Assembly: GCA_028691285.1 (NCBI GenBank)
Contig: JAQUZO010000001.1
Location: 1 to 54,989 of the forward strand
DNA length: 54,989 nt
DNA from: Anaerovibrio sp.
GTDB lineage: Bacteria > Bacillota > Negativicutes > Selenomonadales > Selenomonadaceae
Direction: 5' to 3'
In this document: piece after piece, positions 28,214 through 37,736 of the stretch
Numbering within the stretch: the first letter of the stretch is position 1
Layout: every line of letters starts with the position of its first letter
Notes under the pieces: generated by a model
What the model saw: the letters and a program-made list of their open reading frames with translations, nothing else
Told to the model about the DNA's origin: nothing
Databases searched by the model: none
Made by a program: the position numbers and the translations under genes

Positions 28214-29542
28214 TCAATAGCGGTAGTAGGAGCGCTTTTTGATGATGAAGCAGGCTGTCACCAGGACAGAACAGAATTCTGCGGTAAAAATGGCAGACCA
28301 GACACCATCTATGCCCAGCCAGCGCGGCAGCAGCAAAATGGCGGCAAGCTCGAAACCGAAGGTGCGCAAAAAAGAAATGGCGGCGGAAATCAGTCCGTTG
28401 TTGAGGGCTGTAAAGAAAGCCGTTCCCCAGATATTCAGTCCCATGAACAGGAAGGCCACGGAGTAAATCCTGAAGCCATGTACACTCATCAGCAAAAGCT
28501 CCTGGTCATAGCCGACAAACATTTTCAAAATAGGGTAGGCACTGATTTCTGCAATCAGGGTGATGATTATGCCTGCTGCAGATACGAGAATCAGGCTTTT
28601 TTTAAAGAGATTGTGCAGCTCTGGATAATTTTTGGCACCATGCTGAAAGCTGATGAGGGGAGCACTGCCGGAAGCATAGCCAAGGAAAATGGACATGAAA
28701 ATAAAATTGACATACATCATGGCACCATAGGCGGCAAGACCGTTCTCGCCGGCAAAGGCCATGAGCTGGTAGTTGTAGATGATGCTGACTACGGAACCTG
28801 AGAGGACACTTACCATGTCAGAGGAGCCGTTTGTAAAGGTTTTCAGCAGTATCTTTGGATACAGAGGCGTGCTGGTCAGCCTCAGGAAGCTGGAATTTCG
28901 GTGCATGAAATAAAACAGTGGAATGAGGCCGCCGGCCATCTGCCCCAAAGCTGTAGCCCAGGCGGCACCGACAATGCCCCACTGGAGCACAACAATAAAT
29001 ATGAGGTCCAGGAGAGCATTGGTAAGACCTGCAGCAATGGCAACCTTCAGACTCAAATCCGGCTTGCCGGAGGCAATGAAAAAGCTCTGGAAAACATTTT
29101 GCAGGACATAAAAACACTGGGAAGCCAGAATGATCCTGCCGTAGGTGATGCAATAGCGGCTCAGCTCGCCATGTGCTCCCAGGCCCGCAGCAATCTGGGG
29201 AATGAAAAGCCAGCCGCCTATGGAAAGCAGCAGCCCGATAAAGGAAGAGACATATACCAGCAGTGAAAAATACTGGTTGGCAAGGACCCTGTTTCCTTCT
29301 CCCAGCGTTTTGGAAATGATGGCATTGCCGCCTTCACCAATCATGAAGCCGATGGCTACAGCGACCAGATACACCGGCATCATCAGGTTGACGGCAGCAA
29401 AAGCGGTCTTGCCTATGAAATTGGAAACAAAAAAACCATCTATTACGCCATAAATAGATGTGCAGATCATCATCAGGATTGGTGATATGACAAATCGCAG
29501 CAGCCTTCTATAGGTAAAGTGGCCTGACAGTCTGAATTGCAT
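28214..29542 (-). CDS. MATE-family efflux transporter
   Basis: DGFFVSNFIG..AFAAVNL, 12-TM pattern and WGIVGAAWAT; GGAGG RBS before ATG 29542. Confidence 0.95.
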   Translation of the reverse strand: MQFRLSGHFTYRRLLRFVISPILMMICTSIYGVIDGFFVSNFIGKTAFAAVNLMMPVYLVAVAIGFMIGEGGNAIISKTLGEGNRVLANQYFSLLVYVSSFIGLLLSIGGWLFIPQIAAGLGAHGELSRYCITYGRIILASQCFYVLQNVFQSFFIASGKPDLSLKVAIAAGLTNALLDLIFIVVLQWGIVGAAWATALGQMAGGLIPLFYFMHRNSSFLRLTSTPLYPKILLKTFTNGSSDMVSVLSGSVVSIIYNYQLMAFAGENGLAAYGAMMYVNFIFMSIFLGYASGSAPLISFQHGAKNYPELHNLFKKSLILVSAAGIIITLIAEISAYPILKMFVGYDQELLLMSVHGFRIYSVAFLFMGLNIWGTAFFTALNNGLISAAISFLRTFGFELAAILLLPRWLGIDGVWSAIFTAEFCSVLVTACFIIKKRSYYRY

Positions 29543-29827
29543 TTTAACCTCCAACAGCAGCGTTCTTTGTGCGGACAGGTTCCGGTTTGCTGCCTGTATA
29601 TCAAAAGGGTATATTAAGAGATAGTATATAGTCTTTGATGGGGAAAGTAAAGCTCACAGGCCGGATTATTTCCATGAGGCAAATGGCATAGTACGAGTCG
29701 GGAGGAAGCTGCTTTTTGTTGAGATGTCTGCAGGGCTGGTCTAAACTTGGCATATCATAAACATATGAAGTATGGTATAATGTATAAAAAGTACATGTTA
29801 TATGGCATAATTTGTAGGAGTGGAGTT

Positions 29828-31600
29828 ATGAAACAGATTCCATATTTATGTAATGATCAGTCAGAATTTTCGGCAAGGATTGCTGAATTTAAGGGTATTT
29901 TACCTACTATGCCAGAATACAGCTGCGTTCTGGCGACTATTTATGTGGATTCTGATATGAAAAAAGAGGTTCCTGACCTGGTGAAAATACTGAAGCAGGA
30001 GCTGCCTGATATTCATGTCGTAGGCGGTACGGTATCGGCAAATATTACCGCAGGGGTAATAAATCTGTGTGGTATAGCTCTTACTTTCATGGTATTCTTT
30101 CAATCGCAGGTTGAAATCATTCCTCTGGAGTGGGAGGACAGCAGGAGCGCAGATATCGGCAAGAAGCTGCTGGGAGAAATCCGGCAGATGTATCAGCCGG
30201 TTGCGGTGCAGCTGATTTCCTCAGGCTATAATCTGCATTTGGAGCCTTTCCTCAATGAGCTTTCCAATATACCGGAGGATATTGCTGTTTTTGGCGGCAT
30301 TGTGGATGATGGGACTGTTTCCGGGCAGGGCTTCGTTTTTACAGATACAACATATATACAGCGTGGTATGCTGGTTATCGTTTATAAGGGCAGGAATCTG
30401 TTCGTAAACTTATGCAGCAGCAGCGGCTGGCAGCCCCTGGGACGCAGTATGCAGATAACCGGACTGGCAGACAACAATACAACTATTACGGAGCTGGACG
30501 ACAGCATCACCATTCGGGACGCCTATGAACGATATCTTGGCATCAGCTGGGACGATTCGTTTTTGGATGAAGCGGTGGTTTTTCCGGTATGTGTCAATCG
30601 GGATGGGACTATACTGAATCGTATGCCGCGCAGGTTCGGTCAGGCTGATGGGTCGGCAAATTATGGAGCTGATTTCCAGCTGGGCGAGAACATCCAGATT
30701 TGCTACGGAAATCCTACGGTAGTTGTCCAGGGAACGTATATGATTCAGTATGAGATGCTGCGCTTTCAGCCGGAAGGGATTTTTGCGGTCAGTTGCTGGT
30801 CACGCAAGGTGCTCTTGAACAGGGATGTCAACCAAGAGCTGGAGGTGTGCAGGAGCGGTGTATCCTCAACAGGTATCTATGCATTGGGGGAATACATCCG
30901 TGATGATACGGGAAAGATATATCTGAACAACATGTATCTCAGCATCATGGGTATGCGGGAGGGCGGCATAAACAACCGGCCCCATGATGCAAGCTATCTG
31001 TGCCAGAAGGTACAGTTCGTGAATTGGGGCAACAGCGTCATCAGCCACATGATGCATTTTGTCCAGGCGGTATCCTGTGAGCTGGAGGAATACAATGAAA
31101 AGCTGAAGCACATTGCTGATACGGATAAGCTGACCGGCTTGTATAACCGCGGCGCGATAGACCGTATCCTGGAGCAGGAAATCAGACGGGCAAAGCTCAG
31201 CTCAAGCTCTGTGGCGCTTATACTGGTTGATTTGGATAATTTTAAATCCATCAACGACCAATTCGGACATTTGGTGGGAGATGCCTCTCTGATGCGGGTG
31301 GCCAATGTTATGAAGGAGGTCCTGCCGGAGGGAAGCATAGCCGGTCGCTGGGGCGGTGATGAGTTTGTGGTGCTGCTGACCAATGTAAGCAGCAATGTGA
31401 CATTGCATATAGCTGAAAAAATCAGACGGGGTGTGGAGCAGATAGCTATGGAAACAGAGCATCTTCATATTACCATCAGCATAGGTGCTGCGGTGGCACG
31501 CTCCCTGGAGGATGCAGCGACATTGTTCAAGCGTGCAGATGATGCCCTTTACGAGGCAAAGTACAAGTACCAAAGGAATAATGTCAGGCTGGGCAGATGA
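29828..31600 (+). CDS. FIST-domain diguanylate cyclase
   Basis: FIST-like motifs (VFGG, SGWQPLG, SC..R, G.YALGE), coiled linker, DKLTGLYNR, DLDNFK.IND.FGH..GD and RWGGDEF. Confidence 0.92.
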   Translation: MKQIPYLCNDQSEFSARIAEFKGILPTMPEYSCVLATIYVDSDMKKEVPDLVKILKQELPDIHVVGGTVSANITAGVINLCGIALTFMVFFQSQVEIIPLEWEDSRSADIGKKLLGEIRQMYQPVAVQLISSGYNLHLEPFLNELSNIPEDIAVFGGIVDDGTVSGQGFVFTDTTYIQRGMLVIVYKGRNLFVNLCSSSGWQPLGRSMQITGLADNNTTITELDDSITIRDAYERYLGISWDDSFLDEAVVFPVCVNRDGTILNRMPRRFGQADGSANYGADFQLGENIQICYGNPTVVVQGTYMIQYEMLRFQPEGIFAVSCWSRKVLLNRDVNQELEVCRSGVSSTGIYALGEYIRDDTGKIYLNNMYLSIMGMREGGINNRPHDASYLCQKVQFVNWGNSVISHMMHFVQAVSCELEEYNEKLKHIADTDKLTGLYNRGAIDRILEQEIRRAKLSSSSVALILVDLDNFKSINDQFGHLVGDASLMRVANVMKEVLPEGSIAGRWGGDEFVVLLTNVSSNVTLHIAEKIRRGVEQIAMETEHLHITISIGAAVARSLEDAATLFKRADDALYEAKYKYQRNNVRLGR

Positions 31601-31663
31601 GGAAAACAGCTCTTCACGGGCCTGGATGGATATTTTATAAAATATGTGTGATAAAGGAGTATT

Positions 31664-33619
31664 TTGGCAATGATTTTAAACCGTAAATCCGTAGAGCTGC
31701 TGGCGCCTGCCGGCAACTGGGAGGCACTGGAGGCAGCAGTTGAGGCAGGTGCGGATGCTGTTTATTTAGGCGGCAAAAGTTTTAATATGCGCATGCACCG
31801 CAATAAGGACACGAATTTTGATGATGCGATGCTGAAGAAGGCAATCGGGTATGCCCATGCACACGGTGTTCAGCTGTACATCACGCTGAACAACCTGATC
31901 AGTGTGGAGGAGGTCGAGCCTTTAAAAAAATATCTGCTGTACCTGAATGAAATCAGGCCTGATGCGATACTTGTGCAGGATTTTGCGGTTTTGGAGCTGA
32001 CGAAGAAGCTGGGCATAGATATTCCTTTGCATACCTCTGTCATGATGAACACCCATAACGAGCATGCCATAAAAAAGCTCAAGGAGTACGGTATTACCCG
32101 TATTGTGGTAGGGCGCGAGATGACACTGTCGGAGCTGTCGCTTTTTAAGGAGCGTACCGGACTGGAAATCGAGTATTTCATGCACGGCGACATGTGCATT
32201 GCTGAAAGCGGCCAATGTATCCATTCCGGTGTGCTGTTTGGGCAAAGCGGCAACCGGGGACGCTGTCTCAAGCCGTGCCGTTGGGCATATAAGCTGATTG
32301 ATGAAGCTGACGGCAGAGTTCTGGACAAGGATGACAAGCAGTCCTTCAAGCTGGCACTGAAGGATATGTGTATGTACCGCAATATTCCGGAGCTGATCCA
32401 GGCGGGGGTATTTTCCTTCAAGATAGAAGGACGCATGCGTCCGGCAGAGTTTGTCCGTCGGATTGTTGCCACCTATAGAAAGGCCATTGATGCGTATATT
32501 GCTGATCCGGCCGGCTATACGGTGGACGAGGCGGCATGGCAGGAGCTGTATGCGAACCGCGCCCGGGATTTTACGACCACCTTTGCCCTGGGGCAGCCTG
32601 ATGAGCGGGCGATTGGCTTTGACGGCAGCCGGGAGCCGCGTTTTTTCAGCAAAGCGGTAGAGGAGCCCGGCTTCCAGGATGATGTTCTCAGGCAGGAAGC
32701 ACCAATCCAGAAAGAGAACCTGCCGCACAGAATTTTGTCCGTGCAGGTTTCTGATTTAGCGGCTGTCAGGGAGGCCTGTGCCAATGGTGCGGATACGGTC
32801 TATCTGGCAGGAGAGGTCTTCAAACCGAAAAAGCCTTTTTCTCTGCAGGATATTGCCAGGGCAGTTGACATCGGCAGAGAGTATGACACCAGGATTGTCG
32901 TCAATACACCGCGCACGACCATGCGGAGGGAATGCGGCGAGCTGGAGCAGTTCCTGCATGCGGTCAATCAGCTGCAGCCGGCAGGCATCATGGTCAGCAA
33001 CCTGGGGGCCCTGAAGCTGGCGCAGGAGTGCACGAACCTTCCGGTTCAGGCAGATTTTTCATTTAATCTCTTCAACCACGTGGCAGCGGCTTTCCTGAAG
33101 GCAAATCGCCTTGTCATGGGAACCGCTTCCTTTGAGCTGGCATTTGAACAGCTGCGGGGACTAGTAGAAAAATCACCGCTGCCTGTTGAGGTTGTGGTTC
33201 ATGGCAGCTATGAATCCATGATTTGCGACCACAATTTTGCGGCCATGCAGCTGCCGTACAATCCGTTGGACAATCCGGAGCTGGTTGAGCGCCGCTATGC
33301 CCTGCAGGATGACGCAGGAGAGAGGCATTCCCTGCGCATGGACCAGTATGGGCGCAGCCATATCCTCTTTGCCAAGGACTTGTGCTACTATCCGTATCTG
33401 GATAAGCTCAACGGCGTTGCATCCTACAGGATTGAGGCAAAGGATTATGAGCCGGAGCTGGCAGGGAGCCTGACCGGTGCTTACCGCAGAGCCCTGGACA
33501 AGCTGTCAGCCGGAGAAGCGTTCATGGATGAGGATGTCTTCAGCGCCATGCAGAACAGCGGTCCGCGCAGGCTGGGCATCGGCGTATACCGCTTCCGCAA
33601 GTCACAGGATTCACTTTAA
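31664..33619 (+). CDS. U32-family (RlhA/TrhP/UbiU-like Fe-S) protein with a second, degenerate U32 domain
   Basis: ELLAPAG, GADAVY, CX6CX15CX3C and KIEGR; a second GADTVY...VEVVVHG...DLC...RIE repeat; AAGGAG RBS, TTG start. Confidence 0.9.
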   Translation: MAMILNRKSVELLAPAGNWEALEAAVEAGADAVYLGGKSFNMRMHRNKDTNFDDAMLKKAIGYAHAHGVQLYITLNNLISVEEVEPLKKYLLYLNEIRPDAILVQDFAVLELTKKLGIDIPLHTSVMMNTHNEHAIKKLKEYGITRIVVGREMTLSELSLFKERTGLEIEYFMHGDMCIAESGQCIHSGVLFGQSGNRGRCLKPCRWAYKLIDEADGRVLDKDDKQSFKLALKDMCMYRNIPELIQAGVFSFKIEGRMRPAEFVRRIVATYRKAIDAYIADPAGYTVDEAAWQELYANRARDFTTTFALGQPDERAIGFDGSREPRFFSKAVEEPGFQDDVLRQEAPIQKENLPHRILSVQVSDLAAVREACANGADTVYLAGEVFKPKKPFSLQDIARAVDIGREYDTRIVVNTPRTTMRRECGELEQFLHAVNQLQPAGIMVSNLGALKLAQECTNLPVQADFSFNLFNHVAAAFLKANRLVMGTASFELAFEQLRGLVEKSPLPVEVVVHGSYESMICDHNFAAMQLPYNPLDNPELVERRYALQDDAGERHSLRMDQYGRSHILFAKDLCYYPYLDKLNGVASYRIEAKDYEPELAGSLTGAYRRALDKLSAGEAFMDEDVFSAMQNSGPRRLGIGVYRFRKSQDSL

Positions 33620-33648
33620 TCAGCCGCATATAGAGGGAGAGTTGTTGT

Positions 33649-34947
33649 ATGTCTTTGGAACACCCAATCGGCCCGGAGGCCATTTTAGAGAAAAAGAAAA
33701 AATATATCATGCCTTGTCTGGGGCATTTCTATAAGGAGCCAAGGCAGTTTGTCAAAGGAAGGATGCAGTATCTTTATGACAGTGAGGGCAGGAAATATCT
33801 GGACTGCTTTGCCGGTGTATCCGTTATCAACTGCGGCCACTGCAATCCTGAAATCACTGCTGCCGTAACGGAGCAGGTGCAGGATCTGCAGCATGTGTGC
33901 AATATTTACCTGACGGAAAATTTTGTCAATTTGGCAGAGAAACTGGCTGAGGTTACGCCGGGAGATCTGCAGAAGACATTTTTCTGCTCTACGGGTACGG
34001 AGGCCAATGAGGGAGCACTGCTGCTGGCGTCTATCTATACCGGCAGGGATGAATTCATTGGGCTTAGAAATGGTCTGCATGGCCGTACCAAGCTGACGAT
34101 GAGCCTGACGGGCATTCAGATGTGGCGTACTGACCCGCATCCATGCGGCGGCATCCATTTCTCACCTAATGCGTATTGCTATCGCTGCCCATTGGGCAAA
34201 AGGTTCCCGGAGTGCGATTATGCCTGTGCCGATGCGGTAGAGGATTTAATCAAGACCTCTACCAGCGGCAGGCCGGCAGCCTTGATTGCTGAGGCAATAC
34301 AGGGCAATGCAGGTATCATTACGCCGCCGAAAGGGTATTTCAAGCGTGTAAAGGAGATTTTGGAGAGCTGCGGTGCTTTGCTGATTGTGGATGAGGTACA
34401 GACAGGCTTTGCCAGGACAGGCAAAATGTTTGCCATTGAGAATTTTGATGTCGTACCTGATATCATGACTATGGCAAAGGCCTTGGGCAATGGTGCGCCG
34501 ATTTCTGCCTTTACGGCATCTGCCAGGATTGCAGATACCTATACCATGCCTGGTGCCTCTACCTTGGGAGGCAATCCAGTCTCTACAGCTGCAGGCCTTG
34601 GTGTCATCAAATATATTCAGGAGCATCAGCTGATGGAAAATGCTTTGGCACGGGGACAACAGCTTTATGCCGGTCTTGCCGAGCTGCAGAAGAAGCATGC
34701 TGTTATCGGAGATATCCGCGGTATGGGGCTGATGCGGGGAGCGGAGTTTGTACACAGTGACAAAACGCCGGCAGCTGATGAGCTGGATATGGTGCTTGAG
34801 GAAATGAAGGAGCGCGGCTTTGTCATCGGCAAAAATGGTGTGGCAAGGAATGTCATGGCCTTCCAGCCTCCATTGGTGATCACGGAGTCAGATGTTGACG
34901 CTGTACTGAACGGCCTGGAGGATGTTTTGACTAAATTCAAGCTCTAA
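33649..34947 (+). CDS. Class III PLP-dependent aminotransferase (AGXT2/GabT-like)
   Basis: YLDCFAG, GTEANE, DEVQTGF.RTG, PDI.TMAK.LGNG and TLGGNP motifs. Confidence 0.93.
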   Translation: MSLEHPIGPEAILEKKKKYIMPCLGHFYKEPRQFVKGRMQYLYDSEGRKYLDCFAGVSVINCGHCNPEITAAVTEQVQDLQHVCNIYLTENFVNLAEKLAEVTPGDLQKTFFCSTGTEANEGALLLASIYTGRDEFIGLRNGLHGRTKLTMSLTGIQMWRTDPHPCGGIHFSPNAYCYRCPLGKRFPECDYACADAVEDLIKTSTSGRPAALIAEAIQGNAGIITPPKGYFKRVKEILESCGALLIVDEVQTGFARTGKMFAIENFDVVPDIMTMAKALGNGAPISAFTASARIADTYTMPGASTLGGNPVSTAAGLGVIKYIQEHQLMENALARGQQLYAGLAELQKKHAVIGDIRGMGLMRGAEFVHSDKTPAADELDMVLEEMKERGFVIGKNGVARNVMAFQPPLVITESDVDAVLNGLEDVLTKFKL

Positions 34948-35030
34948 AAAAATCAGCGGTACAGGACATGACCGGGTGTTTTGCCGGGACATGCCTGTGC
35001 CGCTTTTGTGCTGAGCATTTTGAGGTATTT

Positions 35031-35729
35031 ATGTTTGCAGTTATTGTTAATACGGTGGCAATCGTAGCAGGCTCCCTGATTGGCTTCAGCCTGCGCAGCG
35101 GCCTGCCTAAGGGCCTTACCGACGCCCTGATGCAGGGGCTGGGACTTTGTACAGTGGTTATAGGCGTTCAGGGCGCCATTCAGGAAAGCAATATTTTGGT
35201 GATGATCATTTCTGTTGTAGTGGGATTGCTGATTGGTGAGTCGCTTGATGCAGACGGCCATGTCAACCGCTTTACGACAAGGCTTATGAGCCGCTTTGCC
35301 AGAGGAAAGGGCGATGCGGGAAAGCTGGTCAATGCCTTTATTACCTCCTGTCTCATTATGAATGTAGGGGCGATGGTAATTGTCGGGTCCCTGGATGCAG
35401 GACTGCAGGGAGAGTTTTCCATGCTGTATACCAAATCGCTGCTGGATTTTATTGCCGGCATCATGATGACGGCAGCGATGGGGATAGGAGTCATGGGGTC
35501 TGCTCTGTTTACACTGGTATTCCAGGGTGGCATCGTGCTCATGGCGGAACTGATTGCGCCCTTTATGTCTGATTATCTGATACAGGAAATGTCCTGTACG
35601 GGCTGCTTGATTATTTTGGGGCTGGGGCTGAATATGCTGGAGCTGACAAAGCTTAGGATCATCAATTATCTGCCTGCTCTGGCAGCAGCTCCTCTGGTGG
35701 CAAAGCTGGCTCAGCTGCTGAATTTTTGA
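35031..35729 (+). CDS. DUF554-family membrane protein
   Basis: VNT.AI..GS.IG, VGAM.IVGS and LYTKS.LD; N.LPAL terminus; GAGG RBS. Confidence 0.85.
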   Translation: MFAVIVNTVAIVAGSLIGFSLRSGLPKGLTDALMQGLGLCTVVIGVQGAIQESNILVMIISVVVGLLIGESLDADGHVNRFTTRLMSRFARGKGDAGKLVNAFITSCLIMNVGAMVIVGSLDAGLQGEFSMLYTKSLLDFIAGIMMTAAMGIGVMGSALFTLVFQGGIVLMAELIAPFMSDYLIQEMSCTGCLIILGLGLNMLELTKLRIINYLPALAAAPLVAKLAQLLNF

Positions 35730-36957
35730 GAATCCCGGCGCTGAGGGACTGAAAGACCTGCCCGGCAGGCAGGTGGTCTGCTGGCGGTGCACTGCTTCGC
35801 GGCAGCAGATTGGCTCTGGTAATGCCCAGGGCACCGAATTTTTTATTGATGCTGTCTATGGTACTGTAGAGCTTTTCTTTTTTATGTGTGTTCTGGGTAA
35901 AAAGAGAAAGCTCGTCCTCTTCGTCAAAGCCGGAGGCTGTAACGCCCAAAAGCCTGATGCCGTAAAAAATTCCAAGCTCGGAGAACAGCTCATTCACGGT
36001 GCGGTAAATGTCATTATCAAAGTTGGACATTTCAAAAAGGCGCCTTTGCCTGGTATATGTAGTAAAATCATTTTTGCGGAGCTTGAGCTGGATGGTTTTT
36101 GCCTTGAAGCCGGCATGGCGCAGCCGCCGGCCAACCTTTACAGACAGCTCCAGAAGTATTTGCCGAGCGGCTTCCTTGCCTTGGATATCCTCTCCAAAGG
36201 TAACCTCATTGCTGATGGATTTGGCGTTTTCCCGGGGAGCTACCGGACGGTTGTCCCTGCCCTGGGCAAGCTCCATCAGGTGGGCAGCCATATTCCTGCC
36301 GAGGATATTTTCCAGAAGGCTGTATTTGGTTTGGCGAAGCTGCCTGATAGTGTGTACGCCTATACCGGCGAGCAGGGTGTTGGTTTTTGTGCCGACACCC
36401 CATATTTTTTTTACGGGCAGAGGGTCGAGAGTCTCCTGTATTCTGTTGGGGGCAATAATCGTCAGCCCATCAGGCTTTTCCAGATCAGAAGCGAGCTTGG
36501 CCAAAAACTTGTTGGGTGCAATGCCTGCTGAGGCTACAATGCCGGTTTTTTGCCGGATTTCATTTTTGAGCTGTCTGGCATATTGCGCCGGTGATTCCAT
36601 CAGCCGCTCCATACCGGTCAGATCAAGGAAGGCTTCATCAATGGACAGGGGCTCTATCAGAGGAGAATAGCTTTCAAAAATCTGGAAGATTGCCTTGGAA
36701 ACCTCGGCATAGCGCGGAAAATTGCCCTCGACGAATATGCCCTGGGGACACAGCTGCATGGCTTTGGCAGTGGGCATGGCTGAATGGACGCCGAATGTCC
36801 TTGCCTCATAGGAGCAGGTAGAGACTACGCTGCGTTTGCCGAGACCTGCGACAATCACCGGCCTGCCGCGATAGTCCTCATGGTCAAGCTGTTCTACAGA
36901 GGCATAAAAAGCATCCATGTCGACATGCATTATCAATCTTTCAGACAAGTGAACCAC
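35662..36957 (-). CDS. dinB: DNA polymerase IV
   Basis: HVDMDAFYASVE, SYEAR, SIDEAFLD, K.LAK.AS..KPDG and ELSLF clamp motif. Confidence 0.96.
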   Translation of the reverse strand: MVHLSERLIMHVDMDAFYASVEQLDHEDYRGRPVIVAGLGKRSVVSTCSYEARTFGVHSAMPTAKAMQLCPQGIFVEGNFPRYAEVSKAIFQIFESYSPLIEPLSIDEAFLDLTGMERLMESPAQYARQLKNEIRQKTGIVASAGIAPNKFLAKLASDLEKPDGLTIIAPNRIQETLDPLPVKKIWGVGTKTNTLLAGIGVHTIRQLRQTKYSLLENILGRNMAAHLMELAQGRDNRPVAPRENAKSISNEVTFGEDIQGKEAARQILLELSVKVGRRLRHAGFKAKTIQLKLRKNDFTTYTRQRRLFEMSNFDNDIYRTVNELFSELGIFYGIRLLGVTASGFDEEDELSLFTQNTHKKEKLYSTIDSINKKFGALGITRANLLPRSSAPPADHLPAGQVFQSLSAGILKNSAAEPALPPEELLPEQADN

Positions 36958-37000
36958 CTTCCTGACAAAATATTCCGGTCTGCTGCCCGGTCAGGCCATG

Positions 37001-37192
37001 TTATCCTAAAAGCTGATACAGCTTGAAACCGATGAAAATGGCAATATACAGTATGACAATCTTTTCAACCATGCGCAGAATGCGGCGGATGGAATTCTGC
37101 AGCAGCCTGTACAGCATAAAGCCGCCGATAGCTCCGTAATCCAGGCCGTTCATGTGCTGTCCGCTGATCAGGCTTATAATGTAATCCAACAC
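37001..37192 (-). CDS. Small hydrophobic protein upstream of dinB
   Basis: GGAGGT RBS 6 nt before the GTG start; 63 aa with hydrophobic segments; extended -10 TG-T-TATAAT on the minus strand at 37248-37256. Confidence 0.7.
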   Translation of the reverse strand: MLDYIISLISGQHMNGLDYGAIGGFMLYRLLQNSIRRILRMVEKIVILYIAIFIGFKLYQLLG

Positions 37193-37308
37193 TTAGATAC
37201 CTCCATAGAAAATACAGGAAATAGAGAGTTTTAATCAGTACAAATGTATTATAACATAAGGCTTATAAAAAGGAAACATTTGATTTTGGAATTATTTTCA
37301 AAATTTAT

Positions 37309-37337
37309 TTGACAAGTGTTATAAATACTGGTACAAT
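37309..37337 (+). promoter_or_regulatory. Sigma-A promoter for the second tRNA cluster
   Basis: TTGACA-17-TACAAT with an extended TG. Confidence 0.85.
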
Positions 37338-37376
37338 TTCTAATTGTTCGGTGCTTACATAAAGTACTGATGATAT

Positions 37377-37452
<76 letters not shown>

Positions 37453-37464
37453 ATTTGCTTTCAG

Positions 37465-37540
<76 letters not shown>

Positions 37541-37546
37541 TCATAT

Positions 37547-37623
37547 GGCTGCGTAGCTCAGTTGGCTAGAGCATTCGGTTCATACCCGGAGTGTCAGGAG
37601 TTCAAATCTCTTCGCAGCCACCA
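37547..37623 (+). tRNA. tRNA-Met elongator (CAT)
   Basis: TT CAT AC loop and GGCTAGAGC D-arm typical of the Firmicute elongator Met rather than Ile2. Confidence 0.88.
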
Positions 37624-37631
37624 ATAGACGG

Positions 37632-37668
37632 AAAAGTCCCTTAATGAGTTAAGGGGCTTTATTTTTTT
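37632..37668 (+). terminator. Terminator of the second tRNA cluster
   Basis: AAAGTCCCTTAA-TGAG-TTAAGGGGCTTT followed by a T run. Confidence 0.88.
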
Positions 37669-37736
37669 GCAAAATTACTGAATATAAGGTATCATGAAGC
37701 ATACATATCAGTCGGATTTTGAGGAGGTAATGATTT

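Noticed and set aside
29680-29815. Repeated TGGCATA motifs as possible sigma-54 promoters upstream of the cyclase
   Set aside because: None has the required GG-N10-GC spacing, and the repeats are irregularly spaced.
37547-37623. CAT-anticodon tRNA as lysidine tRNA-Ile2
   Set aside because: The TTCATAC loop and D-arm resemble the Firmicute elongator Met; Ile2 typically has CTCATAA.
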